Notes: generated by a model from the sequence alone, not told the origin. Shown: positions 1 to 8,457, counted from the first letter of the stretch. The stretch: DNA of 52,198 nucleotides from an uncultured Gammaproteobacteria bacterium (GCA_964404515.1 CAYOKE010000002.1:1-52198), one strand, 5' to 3'. Numbers and translations: made by a program.

Positions 1-315
1 CAGTGTCTCAGTCCCAGTGAGTGGGGCCATGCTCTCGCACCCCATACCCGTCGTTGCCTTGGTGGGCCGTTACCTCACCAACTAGCTGATAGGACATAGG
101 CTCCTCCCTAAGCGCCGGAGCTTTACTTGAAGGGCTTGAGCCCTTCAAGGCTATCGAGTATTATTCTCGCTTTCGCAAGGTTATCCTCGTCTTAGGGGTA
201 GATTGCCAATGTGTTACTCTCCCGTTTGCCATGCGGTATTGCTACCGCATTCGACTTGCATGCCTTAGACACGCCGCCAGCATTCATCCTGAGCCAGGAT
301 CAAACTCTCTAAAAA
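1..315 (-). rRNA. rrs: 16S rRNA, 5' ~315 nt (partial, continues past window start)
   Basis: Reverse complement of 289-308 is AGAGTTTGATCCTGGCTCAG (universal 5' 16S site). Reverse complement of 1-19 is CACTGGGACTGAGACACTG (conserved 16S block near E. coli ~315-330). No credible ORF. 5' end approximate. Confidence 0.9.
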
Positions 316-543
316 TTTGATTGACTCGATGAAAGCTTAATGCTTTCGTATATAGTTCCGTTTGTGAAAACGGACAAAATTTGTTGTTATCCGAATTGAT
401 GCCAATTAGCATCAAAATATAACCATCACCATGATTGTTCACTATTAAATTTTTAAGGATCAGAAATAGACAGAAAAAAACAGAGATATACGAAATATCT
501 TGTTTTTCGCTAAGATATTTGGTTTTCTATTTTTAATAATCAT

Positions 544-572
544 ATTTTATACTAACTGGTTATCCGTGTCAA
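544..572 (-). promoter_or_regulatory. sigma70-like promoter for the rRNA gene
   Basis: Minus strand reads TTGACA (572-567), 17-nt spacer, TAAAAT (549-544). It lies about 220 nt upstream of the 16S 5' end. Confidence 0.6.
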
Positions 573-611
573 GGGGTCGTTTGGGGACAGTTTGTGCAAT
601 CTAGCGTCTAG

Positions 612-640
612 TTGACTGGCGGCGGTTTTTAAGATATAAA
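612..640 (+). promoter_or_regulatory. sigma70-like promoter upstream of infC
   Basis: TTGACT (612-617), 17-nt spacer, TATAAA (635-640). Lies 33 nt upstream of the infC ATG. Confidence 0.5.
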
Positions 641-672
641 TAATAGTATAAAATAAGGCTTAATAGAAAGAC

Positions 673-1227
673 ATGCGCATCAAATTTCATCGAGTAGAAA
701 GGAAAGAAGAAGTGGTTTTCCGAGCAAATAGCCAAATCCGCGTTCCGGAAGTTTTTGTGATTGATGAGAATGGCGAAGCTTTGGGGGTGATGGCGACAGC
801 CGAAGCCCTACAAAAGGCCCAAGAAGCAGACCTGGATCTGGTAGAAGTCAACCCTAAAGCTAGCCCGCCAGTGGTCAAAGTAGTCAATCTCGGGCAGCTT
901 AAATACGAGAAGGAAAAGCAGGTCCATAGGCAGAAGATGCAGCAGAAGAAGGTAGAAACTAAGAATATTCGGCTTTCTTTTCGTATCAGTGATCACGATT
1001 TGAGCATGCGTATCGCCCAGGCCGAGAAATTTCTAGCTAAGGATGATAAAGTTAAGATTGAGCTGATCTTAAGGGGGCGGGAAAGGCAATATCCGCAAAA
1101 GGCAGCTGAGATAGTCAATAGTTTTGTGGCCGAATTGAAAACCAACCAAGATTTATCTATCGAGATTGAACAACCCTTGACAAATCAGGGGGGAAGATTT
1201 ACTATTATATTGACCAATAAAAAGTAA
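673..1227 (+). CDS. infC: translation initiation factor IF-3
   Basis: IRVPEVFVIDENGEALGV and DLDLVEVNPKASPPVVKV motifs typical of IF-3. Conserved infC-rpmI-rplT order. In-frame TAG at 664-666 limits the start to ATG 673. Confidence 0.95.
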   Translation: MRIKFHRVERKEEVVFRANSQIRVPEVFVIDENGEALGVMATAEALQKAQEADLDLVEVNPKASPPVVKVVNLGQLKYEKEKQVHRQKMQQKKVETKNIRLSFRISDHDLSMRIAQAEKFLAKDDKVKIELILRGRERQYPQKAAEIVNSFVAELKTNQDLSIEIEQPLTNQGGRFTIILTNKK

Positions 1228-1272
1228 AGACCGTTAAATCCAGGTGTCTGCCTGTTTTTTTAATCTGATAAT

Positions 1273-1470
1273 ATGCCAAAAATAAAAACTCACCAAGCGA
1301 CCGTCAAGCGGTTCAAGAAGACGGCCAATAAGAAGCTTAAACAGCGCAAAGGCGGCCAAGATCATTTTAATTCTCGCGATACTGGCAATGCCACCCGCCG
1401 CAAACGTTTGGATATCTCAGCAACTAAGACATTAGCCAAGACTATTAAAATGTTAACCCCCTATAATTAA
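1273..1470 (+). CDS. rpmI: 50S ribosomal protein L35
   Basis: MPKIKTHQATVKRFKKT N-terminus, 65 aa basic protein, positioned between infC and rplT. Confidence 0.95.
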   Translation: MPKIKTHQATVKRFKKTANKKLKQRKGGQDHFNSRDTGNATRRKRLDISATKTLAKTIKMLTPYN

Positions 1471-1478
1471 TCATCAAT

Positions 1479-1826
1479 ATGCCAAGAGTAAAACGCGGCA
1501 CAAGCCATACCAAGAAAAGACGCAAGCTTCTAAAGGCCGTTAAGGGCTATAAATGGGGGCGTAAGAAGCTAATTAAGCTTGCTAAGACTGCTCGGACGCA
1601 TGCCGGGGCGCACGCTTATCGTGATCGCCGCAAGAAAAAGAGAAACATGCGCAGCCTATGGCAGATTAAGATTAATGCCTTCGTCAGGGAGCACGGATTA
1701 TCGTATTCCCGCTTCATCAACCTTTTGAAGGTTAACAATGTTTCCGTCGATCGGAAGATTTTAGCCGATTTAGCCGTAAATAATAAGGCGGTTTTGGAGG
1801 CTTTGGTTACTAAGATTAAGAAATAA
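1479..1826 (+). CDS. rplT: 50S ribosomal protein L20
   Basis: MPRVKRGTSHTKKRRKLLKAVKGY N-terminus characteristic of L20. Confidence 0.95.
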   Translation: MPRVKRGTSHTKKRRKLLKAVKGYKWGRKKLIKLAKTARTHAGAHAYRDRRKKKRNMRSLWQIKINAFVREHGLSYSRFINLLKVNNVSVDRKILADLAVNNKAVLEALVTKIKK

Positions 1827-1827
1827 T

Positions 1828-2049
1828 ATGTCATTTTGGCTTAAAATCGCGCAGCTTGCCATTGCTATTCTCTTGATGGCAGCTATTTTACTGCAGAATC
1901 GAGGGGCGGGTTTGGGCGGCGTGTTTGGCGGCACGGGCGGCGTTTATTTGACTAAGCGCGGCCTAGAAAAGAAACTTTTTATTGCTACAATAGTTCTGGC
2001 TATAATTTTTATACTACTCTCTTTGAGCACTTTTCTTATAAAAGCTTAA
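1828..2049 (+). CDS. secG: preprotein translocase subunit SecG (probable)
   Basis: 73 aa with two hydrophobic helices and an LLQNRGAGLGGVFGG glycine-rich loop typical of SecG. Confidence 0.75.
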   Translation: MSFWLKIAQLAIAILLMAAILLQNRGAGLGGVFGGTGGVYLTKRGLEKKLFIATIVLAIIFILLSLSTFLIKA

Positions 2050-2056
2050 TTAGCTT

Positions 2057-3832
2057 GTGGCCTCTCTAAAAAATAAAATTATTCTTATTTGGCAGAAAGT
2101 TAAGAAGACTTTATCTTTTTTTGTTGTGTTAAAAAAACAGTCTAGCCAAGAAGAAATTGATAAACGCCTAGTTTATGCCCTTTCCCCGCGCAAGATACCG
2201 ACCAGCGGGCAATTCAGACATCTGGCGAAGTTCCTAAACCCCAAGGAATACCTGGTCGTCAAGATTTGCGCCTTATTAATCTTGGTTAATGTCGTTTATT
2301 TGGGAATCGTCTTTATAAACAAGCACCTCGAATATCTGCCTGTAGCTGGCGGTGAATATACGGAGGGGGCCATCGGTTACCCTAAGACGATCAACCCACT
2401 TTATGCCATTAATCGGGATATCGATAGCGATTTAAGTCGATTAATCTATTCCGGCCTTTTCAAGTATGACCAGAACGGTCAGCTAGTTAATGACCTGGCG
2501 GAAAGTGTCGCTGTTGAATCTGCTGGCCGGTCTTATATTATAAAGATAAGGCCCGGAGTTCGTTGGCATAATGGCGGCGAAGTGACGGCCGATGATGTTG
2601 TTTTTACAGTCGGACTGATTAAGAATAAGGATTATCGTTCACCCCTGCAGGATGATTTTTCCTTAGTAAACATAGAGAAAATCGATAATCAGACGGTTAA
2701 ATTTACTTTGAGCCAGCCCTATGCCCCGTTTCCAGAACTACTGACCTTCGGAATATTGCCGAAGGACTTATGGGAAGAAGTCAGCCCTAGTTCAGCAGCC
2801 TTGAATGATTTAAACCTAAAACCGATCGGTTCCGGTCCCTATAAATTTAAATCATTGGTCAGGAACAACGCGGGCGATATCAAAGAGTACCATCTGGTGG
2901 TTAATGAAGATTACTATGGACAGAAACCATATCTAAAGAGTATCAATTTCAAGTTTTTTGTCGATTACCAGGAAGAAATTAAAGCCTTTAATGATAATCA
3001 GCTGGACGGCTTGAGCTACTTACCTTTGGCTTCTCGCCAAGAACTCCTGGCACCAGATTCAGTAGCCTTTCATGAGTTGTCTCGTCCGCAGATAGTAGCG
3101 ATATTCTTCAACCGCGATAAAGATAAGGCTTTAGGCGATAAGAATGTCCGCCTTGGCTTAGCAAAAGCCCTAGATCGGGATCAGGCTATAAAAGACGTAT
3201 TCGGCGGGGCTTATTCTAGAACAGATGGCCCGATATTGCCCAGCAGCTTCGCCTATAATCCTCAGCTGAAAAGATATGAATATTCTCCGGCTGAAGCTAT
3301 TGACCTATTGAAAGGGAAGCTGGCCTCAACGACTTTGACTGTTATTGACTCCGGCAATAATGTTATTCTGGCTGAAAAGATAAAAAGCTATTGGGAGCGT
3401 TCCGGCGTCCAGGTAGAGTTAAGGGTTATTTCCGGCGATCAGGCAGTAGAAACCGTAAAAAATCGTGATTTCGAGAGTTTGATATACGGAGAATCAGTTG
3501 GCGGCGATCCGGATGTCTATGCTTTTTGGCATTCTTCGCAGGTTGGTTCTAGAGGGTTGAATTTAGCTGGTTATAACAATCCAGAAGTCGATAAACTGTT
3601 AGCGGACGCGAGAGAGACGACTGATCGGAGTGAGAGACAGGTAAAATATCAGAAATTTCAGGAAATCCTGACAGACGATTTACCGGTCATCTTTCTCTAT
3701 TCCCCTTCTTATACTTATATTCAAAACAAGAAAGTCAAAGGCTTCAATGGCAATATGGTGATTGAGCCAGCTGACCGCTTTGCCAGCTTGGCCGATTGGC
3801 ATGTAAAGACAAAGAAAAAATTTACATGGTAG
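2057..3832 (+). CDS. ABC transporter substrate-binding protein, family 5 (peptide/nickel type), N-terminally membrane anchored
   Basis: GTG start. TM anchor, then an SBP_bac_5-like sequence (YTEGAIGYPKTINPL, RPGVRWHNG, PDVYAFWHSS). No permease or ATPase genes adjacent. Confidence 0.8.
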   Translation: MASLKNKIILIWQKVKKTLSFFVVLKKQSSQEEIDKRLVYALSPRKIPTSGQFRHLAKFLNPKEYLVVKICALLILVNVVYLGIVFINKHLEYLPVAGGEYTEGAIGYPKTINPLYAINRDIDSDLSRLIYSGLFKYDQNGQLVNDLAESVAVESAGRSYIIKIRPGVRWHNGGEVTADDVVFTVGLIKNKDYRSPLQDDFSLVNIEKIDNQTVKFTLSQPYAPFPELLTFGILPKDLWEEVSPSSAALNDLNLKPIGSGPYKFKSLVRNNAGDIKEYHLVVNEDYYGQKPYLKSINFKFFVDYQEEIKAFNDNQLDGLSYLPLASRQELLAPDSVAFHELSRPQIVAIFFNRDKDKALGDKNVRLGLAKALDRDQAIKDVFGGAYSRTDGPILPSSFAYNPQLKRYEYSPAEAIDLLKGKLASTTLTVIDSGNNVILAEKIKSYWERSGVQVELRVISGDQAVETVKNRDFESLIYGESVGGDPDVYAFWHSSQVGSRGLNLAGYNNPEVDKLLADARETTDRSERQVKYQKFQEILTDDLPVIFLYSPSYTYIQNKKVKGFNGNMVIEPADRFASLADWHVKTKKKFTW

Positions 3833-3891
3833 TCCCCTTTTGGGGTGTCGAGCCTTGTTAGTATAACTCATAAAACTTAATAAACAAAAAC

Positions 3892-5682
3892 ATGTTTGTA
3901 AAACAACCGGTCGCGCCGGCCACTTTTAGGAAAAATTTTACTGGACCGCGGCGCCACAGTTCCTATCGTCATGAAAAAGTCGATAAGAAGGAATTCGGTC
4001 CAGCTAGCAACCCGTTGCGAGTGATAGTTTTAGGCGGCTTAGAAGAAGTCGGTCGGAACATGACCCTCATCGAGTATAATAAGGAAATAATCATAATTGA
4101 TATGGGCTTGCAATTCCCAGAAGAGGATATGCCGGGTATCGATTATATTATCCCCAATGTTTCTTATTTAAAAGACAAGAAAAATTGGATCAAGGGTGTG
4201 ATTATCACCCATGGCCATTATGATCATATTGGCGGCATTCCTCATATTATGGGTGAAATTGGAAATCCGCCGATGTTTATGGGCAAAATGACCGCCGGCT
4301 TGGTGCGTAAGCGTCAACAGGAACACAAAACCGCCCCCCAACTCAAGATAAAGGAAATTGATGAAACTCACTCCCTCAAGTTAGGGGCGTCTTTTCATCT
4401 TGAGTTCCTGCGTGTCAATCATTCTATCCCCGATTGTTTTGCGGTTCTTATCAAAACTGACCTTGGCACAATCGTTCATACTGGCGATTTTAAAATTGAT
4501 TTTTCGCCGGTCAATGATAAGCCGGCCGACTTGAATAGGATCGCTCAAATTGGCGGCCAGGGAGTCTTGATGCTGATGGCCGACTCTACAGATGCAACGC
4601 ATCCCGGCTATCAGATTTCTGAATCGGCCATCGGAGAAGAGATGGGAAAGCTGTTTGAAAAGATCGAGGGTCGTATCATAATCGGTACTTTTGCTTCTCA
4701 GTTGAGTCGCGTACAGAAGATTTTCGAATTGGCAGAGAAATACGGCCGTCGAGTCAATCTCCAAGGGCGCAGCATGAACGATAACGTCGATGTCGCGCAT
4801 CAGATTGGCTATCTGAAATTCAATCCTCGAATTTTGGCTGACGACCGGGAAATCAGTCGCTTGCCGGATAATAAAATCATCATTATCGGTACCGGCGCCC
4901 AGGGCGAGAGCAATGCTTTCTTAATGCGCGTTGTCAATGGCGAGCATCGTAGCGTCCATCTCAAGGCTGGAGATACTGTTCTCTTCTCTTCCTCGGTCAT
5001 CCCCGGGAATGAACGGACAATCCAGAATTTGATGGATATGATTGTCCGCCAGGGAGCGAAGGTCATCCATTATAAAATGTTGGACATCCATGCCGGTGGT
5101 CACGCTAAACAGGAGGACTTGAAGTTGGCCATGCGACTTTTTAAGCCGGAATATTTCATGCCGATCGAAGCTAACCATTATATGTTACAAGCTAATGCTG
5201 ATTTAGCCGAAGCGGTCGGTATTCCAAATAGCCGGATATTCATCGCCGATAATGGGCAGGTAGTCGAATTTCATCATTCTAGCGGAAAGGTGCTTGGTTC
5301 CCTGACTAAGGAGAAAGTTCCGACCGATTATATCATGGTTGACGGTTTAGGGGTCGGCGACGTTTCAGAGATAGTCTTGCGTGATCGGAGGATGATGGCC
5401 GAGGACGGCATGATTGTCATTATCGCTACCATAGATTCTAAGACCGGATCGATAATTGGCAATCCTGATTTGATATCTCGCGGCTTTGTCTATATGAAGG
5501 AGAACCGCGACTTAATCGAAAAGACCAGGACGAAGGTCAAGAAAATCGTGAAAGACAAGAACCCGATGACTGCGGCCGATGATGATTATATAAAGAATAA
5601 GATCCGTAATGATATTGGGCAATTCTTATTTAATTCCACTAAACGCCGTCCGATGGTCTTGCCAGTGGTAATTAAGGTTTAA
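3892..5682 (+). CDS. rnj: ribonuclease J
   Basis: Metallo-beta-lactamase HGHYDHIGG motif plus beta-CASP and C-terminal domain. About 596 aa, typical RNase J length. Confidence 0.9.
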   Translation: MFVKQPVAPATFRKNFTGPRRHSSYRHEKVDKKEFGPASNPLRVIVLGGLEEVGRNMTLIEYNKEIIIIDMGLQFPEEDMPGIDYIIPNVSYLKDKKNWIKGVIITHGHYDHIGGIPHIMGEIGNPPMFMGKMTAGLVRKRQQEHKTAPQLKIKEIDETHSLKLGASFHLEFLRVNHSIPDCFAVLIKTDLGTIVHTGDFKIDFSPVNDKPADLNRIAQIGGQGVLMLMADSTDATHPGYQISESAIGEEMGKLFEKIEGRIIIGTFASQLSRVQKIFELAEKYGRRVNLQGRSMNDNVDVAHQIGYLKFNPRILADDREISRLPDNKIIIIGTGAQGESNAFLMRVVNGEHRSVHLKAGDTVLFSSSVIPGNERTIQNLMDMIVRQGAKVIHYKMLDIHAGGHAKQEDLKLAMRLFKPEYFMPIEANHYMLQANADLAEAVGIPNSRIFIADNGQVVEFHHSSGKVLGSLTKEKVPTDYIMVDGLGVGDVSEIVLRDRRMMAEDGMIVIIATIDSKTGSIIGNPDLISRGFVYMKENRDLIEKTRTKVKKIVKDKNPMTAADDDYIKNKIRNDIGQFLFNSTKRRPMVLPVVIKV

Positions 5683-5705
5683 TAATATTTAGCTAATATT
5701 AATAT

Positions 5706-5735
5706 AAAAAGACTCTAATAAATCAGAGTCTTTTT
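5706..5735 (+). terminator. rho-independent terminator after rnj
   Basis: AAAAAGACTCT / 8-nt loop / AGAGTCTTTTT perfect hairpin with T-run. Confidence 0.8.
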
Positions 5736-5762
5736 ATTGTGTTAAAATTGTGGATAACGTTA

Positions 5763-5791
5763 TTGACAATGATTATATAATATGATATAGT
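5763..5791 (+). promoter_or_regulatory. near-consensus sigma70 promoter with no downstream plus-strand CDS
   Basis: TTGACA (5763-5768), exactly 17-nt spacer, TATAGT (5786-5791). Confidence 0.6.
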
Positions 5792-5797
5792 GTTCAG

Positions 5798-5940
5798 TCA
5801 TTTGAAATAATCAATAAAGACCAGTTTGAACGGGTCAGGCACGACAAGCATGGGGATTTTCTTGCTAGGATTTTTCTGGCTCTACGCTCGAAAGTGCCTA
5901 GAAGAAATTTTCTTGCCTACCCGTTCAAGCTGGTCTTTTT
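5798..5940 (+). ncRNA. candidate structured small RNA (unknown family)
   Basis: Bounded by the promoter at 5763-5791 and a T-run at 5936-5940. An 18-bp closing stem (5818-5835 with 5919-5936, one G-U) is followed by a 5-bp stem (5837-5841/5914-5918) and an inner stem (5858-5869/5897-5907). No ORF. Confidence 0.45.
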
Positions 5941-5945
5941 GTTTG

Positions 5946-6683
5946 TCACTCGAATAATCTTTCTTTGCCGACGATTACACTGACCTTATCTTTCATGATC
6001 CCGACTTCTACCGGAGTCTCTATTTCGATTACGCCGTCGACTATTAATTTTTCTTTCGGGTTGGTAATGCGAATTTTATCGACGGTTAGGAAGGTCTGGT
6101 CTTTTTTCTTAGTCCGGATTAGGATTTCCAGCAAACCATCATGAGGGTTAGATTTTATCTTTTCTTTTTGGTCGCTTAGCAGATTTATGATCCGCGCTTC
6201 CCCTCTCTCGCTTATCTCTAAGGTGTAGTCGTTTATCTCAAGTTTAGTGCCTAGACTAGCAATCGTCGCCTGATTGAGAAAATAATGGTTGCCAACTAGA
6301 CCGAGGTCTATTTTTTCAACGCGGCGAGCTAGTAGTATATTGCAAGCTTCTTCTGCGTTTTTGATTCCGAAAGAAGCAGCAATCGAATTATCATCGCCGA
6401 TCGGGATTATTCCTAATAGGGTTTTTTTCTGGAAATCACCATAAATATCAGTGTCAATTATTGCTCCAATTATTTTATTGATGGTCTGGTTATTGCCGAC
6501 GGCAATTATGGTTTTAGCCCCGAGCTTGATTTCATTCTGGATAGTCCCTTTGATGTTCTTTATTCCCCCCAGACGGATTATTTTGCCGTTAAGGCCTAGA
6601 TCGGTTAGCCGGATTTCCGTTCGATTTATAATACGATTATATTTCCCCTTATCCAAATAGTCGTCGTAGATATAGACGTGCAT
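5946..6683 (-). CDS. diacylglycerol/lipid kinase catalytic-domain family protein (YegS/BmrU-like)
   Basis: Layout IIAVGNNQT...LGIIPIGDDNS resembles the DAGK_cat fold, with a degenerate GGDGT motif. Confidence 0.55.
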   Translation of the reverse strand: MHVYIYDDYLDKGKYNRIINRTEIRLTDLGLNGKIIRLGGIKNIKGTIQNEIKLGAKTIIAVGNNQTINKIIGAIIDTDIYGDFQKKTLLGIIPIGDDNSIAASFGIKNAEEACNILLARRVEKIDLGLVGNHYFLNQATIASLGTKLEINDYTLEISERGEARIINLLSDQKEKIKSNPHDGLLEILIRTKKKDQTFLTVDKIRITNPKEKLIVDGVIEIETPVEVGIMKDKVSVIVGKERLFE

Positions 6684-6700
6684 AAGGTTGCGAAGTAGGG

Positions 6701-7108
6701 CTATTTAGTCGTCTCTTCGGCCTGGCCAGAGCTTTTTTTCTCGCTGCGACGATGTTCCTCAGTCAACGCGAGGAGCTGGCCATTGATTATTGCGCCCTTT
6801 TCGACTGATATTTCCCCATATTGGATATCGCCGAAAATTTTGGCTGTGCCGCCAATCGCTAGGTAGCCCTTCGCTTTTAGATTGCCCCTGATTTCTCCGT
6901 TGATGATTGCGTCTTTAGCTTCGACGTTAGCTACGACTTGTGCCTTGTCACCGATGAATAAGTTTGAGTCGGTTTTAAGGGATCCCTCTAAAGCACCTTC
7001 GACGATTATATTTCCCTGCCCATGGAAATTCCCTTTTACTTTGGCTGAGGCGCCGATTATCGTTTCAGCGTCTTTGAATTTTTCTAATTTACCGTCTTTG
7101 TTGAACAT
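6701..7108 (-). CDS. bactofilin-family cytoskeletal protein
   Basis: Repetitive beta-helix sequence (KGNFHGQGNIIVEGALEGSL, GEIRGNLKAKGYLAIGGTAKIFGDI) typical of bactofilins, with an acidic/basic C-terminal tail. Confidence 0.85.
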   Translation of the reverse strand: MFNKDGKLEKFKDAETIIGASAKVKGNFHGQGNIIVEGALEGSLKTDSNLFIGDKAQVVANVEAKDAIINGEIRGNLKAKGYLAIGGTAKIFGDIQYGEISVEKGAIINGQLLALTEEHRRSEKKSSGQAEETTK

Positions 7109-7188
7109 ATGGTTCTATTTAATATGGCTAATAGGCGATCGACATCTTCATTTTAGGTTAGTTTAGCCTCGTTGTCAAAGAAAAAGGA

Positions 7189-7217
7189 TTGAAAAAAAAT
7201 AGACTTTATTATAGAAT
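7189..7217 (+). promoter_or_regulatory. sigma70-like promoter upstream of tRNA-Arg
   Basis: TTGAAA, 17 nt, TAGAAT. Confidence 0.45.
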
Positions 7218-7291
7218 TATGGGGTCGTATTGGCCGCCCCTTTCCTTTTAGATTAAACAAAATTAAGGGATATTAGAAAATAAAATTTATT

Positions 7292-7363
7292 GTCCCCGTA
7301 GTTCAACGGATAGAACGAGAATCTCCTAAGTTCTAGATCCAGGTTCAATTCCTGGCGGGGACA
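7292..7363 (+). tRNA. tRNA-Arg (CCU)
   Basis: Cloverleaf: acceptor GTCCCCG/CGGGGAC, anticodon stem AGAAT/GTTCT with loop CTCCTAA, T-arm CCAGG-TTCAATT-CCTGG. No encoded CCA. Confidence 0.9.
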
Positions 7364-7396
7364 CAATTATAATTAAAATGTATATTTGTCAATTAT

Positions 7397-7460
7397 TTGA
7401 CTTAAATCAATAAATATTGTATAAATATATACTTGACTTTTTTTATTTAGCTGTTATATA
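7397..7460 (+). promoter_or_regulatory. two tandem promoter-like elements upstream of tRNA-Ala
   Basis: TTGACT-17-TATAAA (7397-7425) and TTGACT-16-TATATA (7433-7460). The AT-rich context raises the false-positive risk. Confidence 0.4.
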
Positions 7461-7497
7461 CTAAGTATAGTTTTTGCTTTTATTAGTTGAATAAAAT

Positions 7498-7513
7498 TGT
7501 TCTTCAAAGAACA
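7498..7513. promoter_or_regulatory. 16-bp palindrome TGTTCTT-CA-AAGAACA (copy 1)
   Basis: Perfect 7-bp inverted arms. The exact reverse complement recurs at 8442-8457. Confidence 0.4.
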
Positions 7514-7517
7514 TTTT

Positions 7518-7591
7518 GGGCCATTAGCTCAGTTGGCTAGAGCGCTTCCATGGCATGGAAGAGGTCAAGGGTTCAAGTCCCTTATGGTCCA
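7518..7591 (+). tRNA. tRNA-Ala (GGC)
   Basis: Acceptor GGGCCAT/ATGGTCC gives the G3:U70 alanine identity pair. Anticodon loop ATGGCAT. T-loop GTTCAAGTC. Confidence 0.9.
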
Positions 7592-7665
7592 CACACTAGG
7601 GGCGTATAAGCCTCTTTTTATAGTATCAAGCTTTATAAAACAAAAAATCCCTAGTACTGTTTTTC

Positions 7666-8382
7666 CTAAGGATTTTTTCGGTCGAATCTCACCCTTAATA
7701 TGATGAGGATAGCCGTTATCAGAAAGGTTATCAGACTTGATATTATTAGCCCAGTTGTCTTTATTCCCCAGCCAGTAGATACTAATACACCATAAGCGAC
7801 CCAGGCTATTGAAGATATAGCAAATGCCATTAGATATTTCACCCCGATAATGCTGAAAGTCTTCCTTTTGATAACGTTAATAGCAAACGGGATCATCGCT
7901 ATGATAATTGTTATTAAGAAAGCGATAACCAGAGAATCACGATTTTTTATAGTCAGCAGGGAAGATAGTAATATTATAGATAGCAGGGAAGAGAATATTA
8001 GGTCCGTCTTCAGGCGTTTACACATTATCTTTTTCTTTCTAACTTCTATTTCCCTTGCAATATTCCCTACTTTATTCTTTATTAAGCTGATTACTATAAA
8101 TATCATGAAAAAGCCTGGCAAATTACTGATTATTATAGCAGCGCTATGGATATCGAGCCCATATACTACATAACTGCCAAAGTAAAAGAATTGGCAGATA
8201 AAGAAATAAATCGGCAACGCTTCTCTTGTTTCGTTTCGCCTTATCTTCTTGTCTTGGCTAATTATCCCCCATGTTTGGACGAGGAAGACTATGAAGGCAA
8301 CTGCGAGCCCGATAGTTAATGGATTGATTCCGTTTCGATTTTGGAATTCGACCGTTTCTCTTAAAAAATTTTCAAAGGACAT
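7666..8382 (-). CDS. 7-TM membrane protein with 3+1+3 helix layout (SWEET/PQ-loop-like, putative)
   Basis: Seven hydrophobic segments read from the translation. The two halves share W..YG-type motifs (FGSYVVYGL, IAWVAYGVL). Function not established. Confidence 0.4.
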   Translation of the reverse strand: MSFENFLRETVEFQNRNGINPLTIGLAVAFIVFLVQTWGIISQDKKIRRNETREALPIYFFICQFFYFGSYVVYGLDIHSAAIIISNLPGFFMIFIVISLIKNKVGNIAREIEVRKKKIMCKRLKTDLIFSSLLSIILLSSLLTIKNRDSLVIAFLITIIIAMIPFAINVIKRKTFSIIGVKYLMAFAISSIAWVAYGVLVSTGWGIKTTGLIISSLITFLITAILIILRVRFDRKNP

Positions 8383-8441
8383 TTTTCTGTTTTTTAACGG
8401 TTCATATTATTATAGGTTCAACTATTATCAAAGTCAAATAT

Positions 8442-8457
8442 TGTTCTTTGAAGAACA
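8442..8457. promoter_or_regulatory. 16-bp palindrome TGTTCTT-TG-AAGAACA (copy 2)
   Basis: Reverse complement of 7498-7513. Lies 60-75 nt upstream of the 7666..8382 gene start, in the divergent region shared with trxB. Confidence 0.4.

Noticed and set aside
5798-5940. Assignment of the candidate sRNA to SRP (4.5S) RNA or 6S RNA.
   Set aside because: GGUCAGG occurs near the 5' base of the hairpin, but the domain IV features (an apical GNRA loop flanked by AGCA and GGAA-type loops) are not present at the apex on either strand. No clear 6S central bubble is visible. The family is left unassigned.
7497-7703. 68-aa ORF overlapping tRNA-Ala, and the 66-aa ORF 38664..38864 antisense to tRNA-Asp.
   Set aside because: The translations (..GPLAQLARALPWHGRGQGFKSL.., ..WTGLEPATSCVTGRRSNQLSYHS..) are the classic artefacts of reading through tRNA genes.
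7498-8457. Interpreting the TGTTCTT-NN-AAGAACA palindrome as a LexA/SOS box.
   Set aside because: Known LexA boxes that I recall (GAAC-N4-GTTC Cheo box, CTGT-N8-ACAG) have the opposite half-site orientation or different spacing. No lexA or recA gene is nearby.
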